From: Spirochaetia bacterium UBA5763
GTDB lineage: Bacteria; Spirochaetota; UBA4802; UBA5550
DNA: 64,000 bases
Assembly: GCA_002418835.1 (NCBI GenBank)
Contig: DIEX01000026.1
Location: forward strand, 72,547-136,546
Direction: 5' to 3'
The notes beneath the pieces are model-generated. The model did not search any database. It had not been told where the DNA came from and saw only the letters and a list, made by a program, of their open reading frames with translations. The translations under genes were made by a program, and so were the position numbers. Each line of letters opens with the position of its first letter. The first letter of the stretch is position 1. Shown here one piece after another: positions 34,051 through 43,002 of the stretch.

Positions 34051-34324
34051 CTCCTTTAACAAACAGTTTGTTTTGAAACTGCGTTTCATGCGCTCGCAGG
34101 GAAGCCCCTGCGGGGGGCTTATTAAGGGGTTTCACCCGAGCTGACACGATGTCAGCCTGCCACATCAAAACAGGAGGTTTTAATAAAGTGGCCTTAACCC
34201 CGTTCAAAAGCAAATCATTTTATTATTAGAATATCAAAACATAATTCAAAAGTTTTAGTTGCTTTATAACTCTTACTTATCTATTAATTTAATAACATTT
34301 CTTACCTTAAAAAGGAGATTACTG

Positions 34325-35821
34325 ATGACCACCAGAGACGGATTTTCCGCAGAAGAGATATTTACCCAGCCCACCGGCTATGCCTATAACGACTTTATAA
34401 TACTCCCCGGATATATTGACTTTGCTCCTGATGACGTGAATCTTGAAACGAACCTCACGCGCAATATTAAAATCAAAAGCCCCTTTATCTCAAGCCCCAT
34501 GGACACTGTTACAGAAGCGGAGATGGCTATCGGCCTCGCTCTCTGGGGAGGCATAGGGATCATTCATTACAACAATACAATTGATCAGCAGGTTGAAGAG
34601 GTCCGCAAAGTAAAGAGATATGAAAACGGGTTTATCAACAACCCACTTGTTCTCTCGCCTGACCACAGGATAAGTGATATCGACATGATTAAAGCGCGAT
34701 ACAACTTCTCCGGAATACCGATTACTGAAAACGGCCGCCTGAATTCAAGGCTCATAGGAATTGTAACAAACAGGGACATAGATTTCGAAAAGGACAGAGC
34801 CAGAAAACTTTCAGAAATAATGACTAAAGATCTTCTTACAGCTGAAGAGGGGATAACTCTCTCAGACGCGAATAAAATACTCCGCGCTTCCAAAAAAGGG
34901 AAGCTCCCCATAGTTGACAAAGAGGGGAGACTGGTTTCACTGATGAGCAGAAGCGACCTTCTGAAAAACAGAGGTTACCCCTTATCATCAAAAGATGAAA
35001 AAAAACATCTCAGGGTCGGAGCGGCAATCTCAACAAAAGAGGAATCCAGGGAGAGACTTGCAGCCCTGCATGAAGCTGGAGTTGATGTTGTTATAATAGA
35101 CTCGGCTCAGGGGAACTCAGTTTACCAGGTGGAGATGATTAAATTCATCAAATCAAAATACCCTTCAATTGATGTAATAGGAGGAAACGTTGTTACTGAG
35201 GAGCAGTGTAAAACACTTATAAGTGCAGGAGCTGACGCACTGAGAATAGGTATGGGCCCCGGCTCAATATGTACTACCCAGACAACAATGGCAGTGGGGC
35301 GCCCGCAGGCAACAGCAGTTTTCCGCACAGCGCGCTACGCTAATAAACAGGGCGTACCTGTAATTGCTGATGGAGGTATTGCCAATATCGGCCACATATC
35401 CAAGGCCCTTGCTCTGGGGGCCTCTACGGCAATGATGGGCTCAATGTTTGCAGGTACAAAAGAGGCTCCGGGTGAATATTTCTACGAAAATGGTATCCGT
35501 CTGAAAAAATACAGAGGGATGGGTTCTCTTGAAGCAATGGAGGCTGGCGGTACAAACAGGTATTTTGCTGAAGAATCAAAAGTGATTGTTGCACAGGGTG
35601 TATCAGGTGCGGTTATAGATAAAGGCACACTCAATGATTATATCCCCTATCTGCTTCAGGGCCTTAAGCACTCATTCCAGGATATGGGAATCCGCAATTT
35701 AAAGGCTCTTCATGAGTCTCTCAATTCCGGCGAATTAAGGTTTGAAATACGCTCCCCCATGGCACAGAGAGAGGGGCACGTTCACGACATGTACTCTTAC
35801 AAGGAACCTCAATATATGTAA
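34325..35821 (+). CDS. guaB: IMP dehydrogenase
   Basis: I moved the start to the ATG at 34325 (AAGGAG upstream). The protein has a CBS pair and the catalytic loop [13 protein letters not shown], plus [18 protein letters not shown]. Confidence 0.95.
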   Translation: MTTRDGFSAEEIFTQPTGYAYNDFIILPGYIDFAPDDVNLETNLTRNIKIKSPFISSPMDTVTEAEMAIGLALWGGIGIIHYNNTIDQQVEEVRKVKRYENGFINNPLVLSPDHRISDIDMIKARYNFSGIPITENGRLNSRLIGIVTNRDIDFEKDRARKLSEIMTKDLLTAEEGITLSDANKILRASKKGKLPIVDKEGRLVSLMSRSDLLKNRGYPLSSKDEKKHLRVGAAISTKEESRERLAALHEAGVDVVIIDSAQGNSVYQVEMIKFIKSKYPSIDVIGGNVVTEEQCKTLISAGADALRIGMGPGSICTTQTTMAVGRPQATAVFRTARYANKQGVPVIADGGIANIGHISKALALGASTAMMGSMFAGTKEAPGEYFYENGIRLKKYRGMGSLEAMEAGGTNRYFAEESKVIVAQGVSGAVIDKGTLNDYIPYLLQGLKHSFQDMGIRNLKALHESLNSGELRFEIRSPMAQREGHVHDMYSYKEPQYM

Positions 35822-35828
35822 TTTTTAA

Positions 35829-35853
35829 TGAACTTTTAAACGTTAAAAGTTCA
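35829..35853 (+). terminator. Hairpin after guaB (tgaacttttaa-acg-ttaaaagttca)
   Basis: A perfect 11-bp AT-rich stem lies 8 nt after the stop. There is no clear U-tract. Confidence 0.45.
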
Positions 35854-36120
35854 CTCAAATAACAGAAATGAGGCGGTAAGGCTATTAATTTAAAAAATCA
35901 CATAGTCTTCCCGCCTTTATTTCACCCCTGACCAATACTCTCACCCCCGGCGCATAAATTCATCTCCTGATTAAATCTATTGTCGCCACCACCATAGGGG
36001 AAGCCGGTATAATTTTATAGAGTATTTATGATTTTATCGGCTGCGGGCTGAATAAAATCATTATGCCCGGAATTTAATTCACAGCCGAACACTCCCCCCT
36101 TCAATTAATAAAAAAAAGTC

Positions 36121-36148
36121 TTGAATAAAGTTTGAGAACTTTTATAAT
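36121..36148 (+). promoter_or_regulatory. Sigma70-like promoter candidate
   Basis: TTGAAT (36121-26), a 16-nt spacer and TATAAT (36143-48) lie about 45 nt upstream of the 36195 ATG. Confidence 0.4.
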
Positions 36149-36194
36149 TAACAATGTTATTATACAAAAATATAAAGAAAGAAGTGACTGAACT

Positions 36195-37310
36195 ATGAAA
36201 TCAAAAGTCAGCTTTTCAGAAAACAGCATAAATGTTAAAACTCCGATAATGATGCTATTTACAGTTGCAACCATAGGGGCAATTGCATTGGCGACCGGTG
36301 TTTATATTCTTCACGATATCCCTGTTATTGATCACCTTCTCATCGGATTCGGTGTTATATTTCTTTTTAGCGGGCTGTTTTTTTTATTTAACTCCAAATA
36401 CTATAAGATAGTTATCAATGAGGAACCGGGATACCTGAGCCTTGTTGAATCAACAGGATGGGACATCTCCCCGTTAAAAATTCCTTTTAAATATTTTAAT
36501 GAGATTGTAATCCAGTACCTGATAAACAGGGATAAACCTGAATATGAAATAATGCTGAGAAACCGTTACGGGTCCCTGATGCTTGTGGCGCGTATTTATG
36601 ATGAGGCTGAAGCTCTTTCATTCAGCAGCAAGTTTGAAAAAACCATGGGACTCAGGGTAACGATGAACAGTGAAATACCATCAGACCTTGTTGACAGACG
36701 CCACCCTTTCAGTTCTTACGCTATTGTTATCCCGGACAACTCCAGCATCAGGACAACAGAGAAGCGTGATTCCTCTGAACTTACATGGAAGGTGAAATAC
36801 AATCCGATACAGGTTGCCTTTATGTTCTGCATCTATTACGGGTTTTTCCATATTATACATTTTGCCGCAGTCCCGTCAGGGGATATAAACCCTCTTACAG
36901 CAGGCATTGTTTATACATTCCTTGGAATACTTCTCTCTATCCTTATTACAATTATTCTTTCAATTCTTTTCGGCACATACCACTTAATAACAGGGAAAGA
37001 GTCTGTTACATATTTTCATAAAATATTCGGCCGCAAATATGGCGAGATGGATATGAAAAAAACAGAGATTGCCCTTGTGAGGAGTTCAATCGATCTCGCG
37101 ACAGAAGAGATTCTCCTGGTGAGTAAAAGCGGAATTAACTCCCTTAACAATCTGATTAAAAAATTCAGTACAGGGGGGGCAAATTTTAAGAACATGATAG
37201 ATATTTCAGATCTGAAGGCCTTCAAGGATGAAATGATAAGACTGAATCTCGGCAATATGAAACTCGCAGAGAAACTATATATTGAACAGTTTTTAATGAA
37301 GAACCTGTAA
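36195..37310 (+). CDS. Integral membrane protein, hypothetical, with two TM-hairpin plus soluble-domain modules
   Basis: Two hydrophobic pairs (MMLFTVATIGAIALATGVYIL / LLIGFGVIFLFSGLFFLF and VAFMFCIYYGFFHIIHF / GIVYTFLGILLSILITIILSILF) are each followed by a soluble segment. Confidence 0.5.
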   Translation: MKSKVSFSENSINVKTPIMMLFTVATIGAIALATGVYILHDIPVIDHLLIGFGVIFLFSGLFFLFNSKYYKIVINEEPGYLSLVESTGWDISPLKIPFKYFNEIVIQYLINRDKPEYEIMLRNRYGSLMLVARIYDEAEALSFSSKFEKTMGLRVTMNSEIPSDLVDRRHPFSSYAIVIPDNSSIRTTEKRDSSELTWKVKYNPIQVAFMFCIYYGFFHIIHFAAVPSGDINPLTAGIVYTFLGILLSILITIILSILFGTYHLITGKESVTYFHKIFGRKYGEMDMKKTEIALVRSSIDLATEEILLVSKSGINSLNNLIKKFSTGGANFKNMIDISDLKAFKDEMIRLNLGNMKLAEKLYIEQFLMKNL

Positions 37311-37390
37311 ACCCCTTCATAACCTGCATCATACTCACCCCGGTTAATATCTCCGGAAATTAAAATAATTAATACACGGTCAGAATTATT

Positions 37391-37972
37391 ATGATAGGAA
37401 AACTTAAAGGGGCTGTTGAAGACCTTAAGCCCACAGAAGTAATTATCGATGTCAATGGAATAGGATTTGAACTGACGATCCCTTTCTCCACTTATGAAAA
37501 AATTCAGGGGGAGAAAAATACGACTCTCCTGGTACACACCCTCCATAAAGAGGACCAGTTCAGGCTTTTCGGTTTTCACTCACGAATTGAGAGGGACATA
37601 TTCAAATCACTCCTTGCTGTGAGCGGCATAGGCCCCTCTATGGCCATTTCACTTCTCTCAGGGATGACGCCGGAAAGTCTGATCGAGAGCGTAAAAAGCG
37701 GAAACATCAGCGCGCTGACAAAGATCCCCGGTATCGGTAAAACCAAAGCTGAAAAGCTCATATTCGATCTTAAACGCAAGCTCCCTCAACTTGAAAGAAT
37801 ATCAGGCCCTGTTTCAGCAGCAGCATCAGACAGGCATGATGCTGTGGAGGCCCTTGCAGCACTTGGATTTGACGAAAACAAGGCAGCGGCCTGCGTAAAT
37901 GAAATTATCAAATCATCAAAAGATGCTACCCTGGAGGATATTATAAAACAGGCACTGAAACTTCTTGCGTAA
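37391..37972 (+). CDS. ruvA: Holliday junction branch migration complex subunit RuvA
   Basis: The protein starts MIGKLKGAVEDLKPTEVIIDVNGIGFEL and carries HhH motifs (LLAVSGIGPSMA and LTKIPGIGKTKAEKL). Confidence 0.9.
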   Translation: MIGKLKGAVEDLKPTEVIIDVNGIGFELTIPFSTYEKIQGEKNTTLLVHTLHKEDQFRLFGFHSRIERDIFKSLLAVSGIGPSMAISLLSGMTPESLIESVKSGNISALTKIPGIGKTKAEKLIFDLKRKLPQLERISGPVSAAASDRHDAVEALAALGFDENKAAACVNEIIKSSKDATLEDIIKQALKLLA

Positions 37973-37987
37973 TACTTTTCTTTTTTA

Positions 37988-38016
37988 TTGACAGAAACAA
38001 AGTACTGTCTTATTAG
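37988..38016 (+). promoter_or_regulatory. Promoter candidate for the SAM riboswitch-metXW transcript
   Basis: TTGACA (37988-93), a 17-nt spacer and TATTAG (38011-16). Confidence 0.4.
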
Positions 38017-38035
38017 CATCTTATTAACAACTGAC

Positions 38036-38152
38036 GTCTTATCAAGAGCGGCGGAGGGACTGGCCCGGAGAAACCGCGGCAACCACCGGCAGAGTCCGGC
38101 AGGTGCTAACTCCAGCGGATATAACAGTTATTGTTATTTCCGGAAGATGAGA
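38036..38152 (+). ncRNA. SAM-I (S-box) riboswitch aptamer
   Basis: The sequence cttatcaagagcggcggagggactggcccggagaaaccgcggcaacc....ggtgctaactccagc....ggaagatgaga matches the S-box consensus. It lies directly upstream of the methionine biosynthesis genes metX-metW. Confidence 0.9.
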
Positions 38153-38201
38153 CAGCGGGTTTGAAACACGAACCGCTGTCTGTTATGAAGGCGGTTTTTT
38201 T

Positions 38202-39368
38202 ATGACTAAAAAAGAGAAGGAACCTGAACATACCTCCGCAGGAATTGTAAAGACTGAATACTTTACATTCTGCGAACCTCCCCATCCTTTAAAGCTGAGT
38301 AGCGGCAGAAAACTCGGCCCCATAACTCTTGCTTATGAAACATGCGGCACACTGAATGAGAATAAAAGCAATGCTGTGCTTATACTGCACGCTCTGTCAG
38401 GGGATGCTCATGCCGCAGGTTACCACTCGGAAAAAGATAAATCCCCCGGATGGTGGGACACATATATCGGCCCCGGGAAAGCTTTTGACACGGATAAATA
38501 TTTTATCATCTGCTCTAATGTAATAGGGGGGTGTTCAGGTTCAACAGGGCCGGCCTCAATAAATCCTGCCACGGGGAAACCGTACGCATTGGATTTCCCT
38601 ATGGTCACAATAAGCGACATGGTGAATGCACAGAAAAGGCTTATTGACCACCTGGGTATTAAAAAGCTCCTATCAGTGGCCGGTGGGTCCATGGGGGGGA
38701 TGCAGGCTTTGCAGTGGACCATCTCCTACCCGGACATGGTTGAATCATGTATAGGTATTGCCACATCAGCTTCACTCTCTGCACAGGGGATTGCCCTTAA
38801 CGAGGTGGGGCGTCAGGCAATATTCAACGATCCGAAATGGAACAGCGGAAATTATTATGAATCATCTTTACCTAAAGCAGGCCTTTCACTTGCAAGAATG
38901 ATCGGACACATAACATACCTCTCCGAGAAACATATGCATGAAAAGTTCGGGAGGAAATTCCAGGATTCAGCAAATGCTGGAAAGGACATGAACCCGGAGT
39001 TCATGGTTGAATCATACCTCCGCCACCAGGGTGTAAAATTTGTTGAAAGGTTCGATGCCAATTCATATATATATATAACACGGGCAATTGACCATTTTGA
39101 TCTCAGGGCGGATTACGGGGGGAGCCTTACTGCGGCTTTTGAAAACGTAAGCGCCAATTACCTGATCATAAGCTTTACTACAGACTGGCTCTACCCCACC
39201 GGCAACTCAAAAGAAATTGTGAGGGCGCTGAGGGTTAACGGCAAGAATGTTAATTATACTGATATCGAAACCGATAACGGACACGATGCCTTTCTTCTCC
39301 CCAATGAACTTCTGGAGAAGAATATAAAAAATTTTCTTAAAAGTGAATTAAAGAAGAGTGAAATATAA
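38202..39368 (+). CDS. metX: Homoserine O-acetyltransferase (MetX)
   Basis: The alpha/beta-hydrolase nucleophile elbow is GGSMGGMQ. The family-typical blocks [12 protein letters not shown] and GHDAFLL are also present. Confidence 0.9.
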   Translation: MTKKEKEPEHTSAGIVKTEYFTFCEPPHPLKLSSGRKLGPITLAYETCGTLNENKSNAVLILHALSGDAHAAGYHSEKDKSPGWWDTYIGPGKAFDTDKYFIICSNVIGGCSGSTGPASINPATGKPYALDFPMVTISDMVNAQKRLIDHLGIKKLLSVAGGSMGGMQALQWTISYPDMVESCIGIATSASLSAQGIALNEVGRQAIFNDPKWNSGNYYESSLPKAGLSLARMIGHITYLSEKHMHEKFGRKFQDSANAGKDMNPEFMVESYLRHQGVKFVERFDANSYIYITRAIDHFDLRADYGGSLTAAFENVSANYLIISFTTDWLYPTGNSKEIVRALRVNGKNVNYTDIETDNGHDAFLLPNELLEKNIKNFLKSELKKSEI

Positions 39369-39980
39369 ATGGAAGAATTTAAAATAGGTTATGACCTTGT
39401 AATAGCTGAGATACCTGAGGGGTCCAGGGTGCTTGACCTTGGATGCGGCGACGGCACTCTCCTTAAGCTGCTGCATGAGCAGAAAAACGTCAGCGGTTTC
39501 GGTGTTGAAATCTCTGAAGAGGGGGTAAGCCAGTGTGTTGAAAAAGGGGTGTACTGCTATCAGGCTGACATTGACGAAGGCTTAAGTGATTACAGGGATA
39601 ACTCATTCGATTATGTAATTCTTAACCAGACAATACAGAACACAAAGCGTCCCGATTATGTAATTAGAGAAGTACTTCGCATCGGGAAAAAGGCTATAGT
39701 CAGTTTCCCTAATTTCGGCTACTACAGAACACGGGCATACCTTATGTTTAATGGAACAATGCCTGTTAATAAACTTTTACCATACCAGTGGTATGACTCA
39801 CCCAACATTCACCTGCTCACTATAAAAGATATGATCCGCATGGCGCCGGATTTCTCCTTCAGTATAATTTCTGAAAAACATTTTTCAGTATCAGGTATTG
39901 ACAGATCAAATATAATCAGTATTGCCCCCAATCTCCTTGCAGAATATGGATTCTTCGTTATAACTTCGATTGAAAGTTGA
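39369..39980 (+). CDS. metW: Methionine biosynthesis protein MetW (SAM-methyltransferase fold)
   Basis: The gene starts 1 nt after the metX stop. It carries VLDLGCGDGTLL, and its C-terminus ..WYDSPNIHLLTIKD is typical of MetW. Confidence 0.85.
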   Translation: MEEFKIGYDLVIAEIPEGSRVLDLGCGDGTLLKLLHEQKNVSGFGVEISEEGVSQCVEKGVYCYQADIDEGLSDYRDNSFDYVILNQTIQNTKRPDYVIREVLRIGKKAIVSFPNFGYYRTRAYLMFNGTMPVNKLLPYQWYDSPNIHLLTIKDMIRMAPDFSFSIISEKHFSVSGIDRSNIISIAPNLLAEYGFFVITSIES

Positions 39981-40207
39981 CATTATCAAAAAATTTTATT
40001 TCATTTAAATACACCCCCGAAGGGGACAAAGAGAATAGAGGCGATGATTAAGGGGATGTCATTCCGGCTGGAGTGATAGCAACAAGGGAAACTGATATAT
40101 TATTAATTATAACAATTTATGAAATGATTAGGGAAATGTCATTTTGAACATATATGAGACCAACGAAGTAGCTGGAAGCAAATCTAAAAATTTTTTGTTA
40201 AAAGATA

Positions 40208-40243
40208 GATTTCTCAGTCGCTGACGCTTCTTCGAAATGACAG
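40208..40243. repeat. Interspersed element, locus C
   Basis: The sequence is gatttctcagtcgctgacgcttcttcgaaatgacag, differing by one mismatch from the locus A1 reverse complement. It lies 35 nt upstream of the 40279 ATG. Confidence 0.8.
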
Positions 40244-40278
40244 TTTGATGTTCTATTTTACACAGAAGGAGATACAAA

Positions 40279-40839
40279 ATGGAAGAGAAAAAAAATCCAG
40301 ATGAAATAATCAAGATGCATGTAATTTTCGCAATGACTGCAGGGGCTATTCCACTTCCTATGGCTGACCTTGTGGCAGTATCAGCAATTCAGTATGATAT
40401 GATAAGGCAGCTTGCTGAGCTATATGGCGCTGACTACGATTCAAACAAAGGAAAGACTCTGGCGTCATCCATGATGGGTGCTGCCGTGGCACGCATTGGT
40501 TCAAGCCTTATTAAGGCAATTCCCGGAGTGGGGACTCTGCTGGGTATCGGCTCACAGGTGATAACATCAGGCGCAACAACTTATGCCATGGGAAAAATTC
40601 TTGACTCGCACTTTTCAGGGAAAGGGACAATTGACAATTTCAATCTTGATTCGGTTAAATCGGAGTATAATGATCTCCTGAATAAAGGGAAAGAGTACGC
40701 AAAAAATCTCAAACAGAGCATAAAGAAAGAGGATGTCTTTGTTACAATCGAAAAACTCAGCCAGCTTAAGGCAAGCGGAGCAATCACTGAAGAGGAGTTT
40801 CAGAAGACTAAAGAAAAACTGCTGGCAAAAATAAGCTGA
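40279..40839 (+). CDS. DUF697 (YcjF C-terminal-like) domain protein with a C-terminal SHOCT domain
   Basis: The DUF697-like pattern is AGAIPLPMADLVAVSAIQYDMIRQLAELYG..IPGVGTLLG. The SHOCT-like tail is IEKLSQLKASGAITEEEFQKTKEKLLAKI. Confidence 0.6.
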   Translation: MEEKKNPDEIIKMHVIFAMTAGAIPLPMADLVAVSAIQYDMIRQLAELYGADYDSNKGKTLASSMMGAAVARIGSSLIKAIPGVGTLLGIGSQVITSGATTYAMGKILDSHFSGKGTIDNFNLDSVKSEYNDLLNKGKEYAKNLKQSIKKEDVFVTIEKLSQLKASGAITEEEFQKTKEKLLAKIS

Positions 40840-40860
40840 AATAAACATTCCCTATACTGT

Positions 40861-40891
40861 AAAAAAACCGCCATCTCCCGGCGGTTTTTTT
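40861..40891. terminator. Bidirectional rho-independent terminator
   Basis: The sequence is aaaaaaaccgcc-atctccc-ggcggttttttt, with an A-tract and a T-tract flanking a GC stem, between convergent genes. Confidence 0.8.
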
Positions 40892-40907
40892 ACAGTATTA
40901 CCTGTTA

Positions 40908-42785
40908 TCAGTAATCCTTCAGGGTCTCCTGAATCCCCTTGTGTATCTCATACCAGAATTCAAGTGCTGCTTCATGCTTGTCCTTTTCGAATTCCGCAAT
41001 CCATTTTTCAAGTTCAGGATGCTTTTCTCCATCAACATCCCTTTTTCTTATAAGGAACCTGTATATAAAATCTATATTCCTTTCACTCTCCCAGAAAACT
41101 GAGGAGTTCCTGCTGTTCATCCTTGCGGCAGCGCGGGAGATCTTTTGCAAATATTCATTCTGAAGTCCGAAGAGAGAACCCATAACCTCCGGTATCATCT
41201 CCTCTGCCCACTTCCTGTGGAATCTGCATGTTCCCATATTATCAAGAATCAGCTCCTTTTTGAATCTTTCCGCATCCTGCCTTCCAAGCTCCCGTGGAGG
41301 ATAGAACTCATCCCCATAATGCATATAATATTTACCCATAATAGCCATAGGGGAGAGAGCACCCGGTGTCCAGTACTGATTAGGCACCATCCATCCGTTT
41401 CTTGCAAAACCGTTGGTCACAAACCTGTTTAGAATCTCCGGACTCTTTGCTCCGGCAAGCCTCCTTGCCAGTTTCCTGGCTCCCGCCTGGAGATCCATCA
41501 GACCCCTTTTATATATAATTGAATCCAGTATCTCACACCCTATCTCTGCGTTATTCATGGAGTCGGCAACCACATCAAAATTATCCGGATCAAAATTAGG
41601 CTTCCTCTGTGATATTCCGAGATCCTCACAGGAAACAAGACCGTCAGAAAGACAGTCAAGCATCCACGCCACAACACCACCTGCTGAGATCGCATCAAAC
41701 CCGTACATGTCGCAGTGGTGATTAAGCTTCTCTGCTGCACGCTGATCGAAGATTCCTGAAAGGGGTCCCATTGTCTGGTAAGGCTCATAATCCTTCTTGT
41801 ACTTATCATTCATTTTTTTACATACTGCCACGCAGGGTTCGCCACATGTGGTCTGTTTCTGCGGCTTAATTGTCTCCTCATTAAACTGCTTGAGGTAATG
41901 GTTTCTCACAAATTTTTCATGAACTTCAAGGCGTTTCTCCTCTGTCCAGTATATACTGCGGTAATTAAAAGAGAGCATCTTTCCGCCGAGAGTTGCATAG
42001 TTTACCCCGAAAGTTCCCCCTGTATCCATGTTCGGCTCAAACCTGTATTTAGCTGTTGCCTCAAGATCCTTGGCTGCCAGTTTTTTGTTGTACTTATCTA
42101 CAAACCACTGGTCAGCAACCTTCCTGTCTCTGAAGTCATCGTCAATAAATGTACCGCCGTAGATAACTGCAACAATTCCATGTTCCTGAAGCATCTTGGA
42201 ACCGAATCCTCCACGCCCTGCCCATGTATCAACATAGGTTACTTCACCCTTCTTTATCGGCATTGAGGCAATTGCTCCGATGCCTGTAACTGCGGCAGCA
42301 GGGCCTGTTACAAGAATCCGGGGATCATTATCATAGTATTTTCCGAATCTTTCAAAAGTATAATCAGTGAGAGAATAGATCCCTTTTCTGCCCGATTTCC
42401 AGATTTCACCTATATCAACCGGATGAACTGCTACTTGAACTTCTTCACCATGTACCCTGTTCAGGTAGAGTATTGAAGGCATAGGAGCTTTGCTTGTCAG
42501 AGCCAGCATATCAATACCGAGGTTATTGAAAACAAGTCCTGCTCCACCCATTGTTGAGATGTAAAAACCTGCCCATCCCGGAGAGAACCCTGTTACTATA
42601 AGCCTGTTTGAACCGGGAAAAATTGAACCCGCAAGGAGGCCCGTCCCTATATTGAGGCTGTCATATTGTCTTGAAAGATGAAGCCCCAGATCTACGGGCC
42701 CGAAAAAGTCACCTACCTTGTAACGGTTAACTCTGTAAAAACCGCTGCTCACATCAACTACAAGTGTTTTCAGATATGTATTCAT
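40908..42785 (-). CDS. Aldehyde:ferredoxin oxidoreductase (AOR) family tungstopterin enzyme
   Basis: The protein is 625 aa with an AOR N-terminal domain. The [4Fe-4S] ligands lie in TTCGEPCVAVC, and the AOR-like blocks DxxGxC-type region and GTCRFH are present. Confidence 0.8.
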   Translation of the reverse strand: MNTYLKTLVVDVSSGFYRVNRYKVGDFFGPVDLGLHLSRQYDSLNIGTGLLAGSIFPGSNRLIVTGFSPGWAGFYISTMGGAGLVFNNLGIDMLALTSKAPMPSILYLNRVHGEEVQVAVHPVDIGEIWKSGRKGIYSLTDYTFERFGKYYDNDPRILVTGPAAAVTGIGAIASMPIKKGEVTYVDTWAGRGGFGSKMLQEHGIVAVIYGGTFIDDDFRDRKVADQWFVDKYNKKLAAKDLEATAKYRFEPNMDTGGTFGVNYATLGGKMLSFNYRSIYWTEEKRLEVHEKFVRNHYLKQFNEETIKPQKQTTCGEPCVAVCKKMNDKYKKDYEPYQTMGPLSGIFDQRAAEKLNHHCDMYGFDAISAGGVVAWMLDCLSDGLVSCEDLGISQRKPNFDPDNFDVVADSMNNAEIGCEILDSIIYKRGLMDLQAGARKLARRLAGAKSPEILNRFVTNGFARNGWMVPNQYWTPGALSPMAIMGKYYMHYGDEFYPPRELGRQDAERFKKELILDNMGTCRFHRKWAEEMIPEVMGSLFGLQNEYLQKISRAAARMNSRNSSVFWESERNIDFIYRFLIRKRDVDGEKHPELEKWIAEFEKDKHEAALEFWYEIHKGIQETLKDY

Positions 42786-43002
42786 AAGAACTCCCGGGCT
42801 TCCTTAATTTTTCTTCAATATCCAAATTAAATTAATTAACGCTAAAGAAAAAATCAACCAGATTAAATGACTTTTACCGTGATACACAGAAAAGATCTTT
42901 TTGTTATGCCATCAAAGACATGTTACAAAAATTTTTTAAAAATAAAGAATCCCGCATTTATACACGGGATTCAGGCAAAAATTTTAAACTGGCTGTTCCA
43001 TG

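Noticed and set aside
34046-34144. 32-aa ORF (MTSFNKQFVLKLRFMRSQGSPCGGLIKGFHPS) in the guaB leader
   Set aside because: It has no Shine-Dalgarno sequence, and its sequence is dictated by the GC-rich hairpins. It is more likely a by-product of the structured element.
34050-34215. Guanine, ZTP or PRPP riboswitch, 6S RNA or SRP RNA upstream of guaB
   Set aside because: I could not find the conserved core sequences of any of these families on either strand. It is kept only as an unclassified structured region.
37016-37579. 187-aa minus-strand ORF spanning the end of the membrane-protein gene and the start of ruvA
   Set aside because: It overlaps two well-supported plus-strand genes, including ruvA with clear motifs. 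It has no recognisable motifs and an antisense-type composition.
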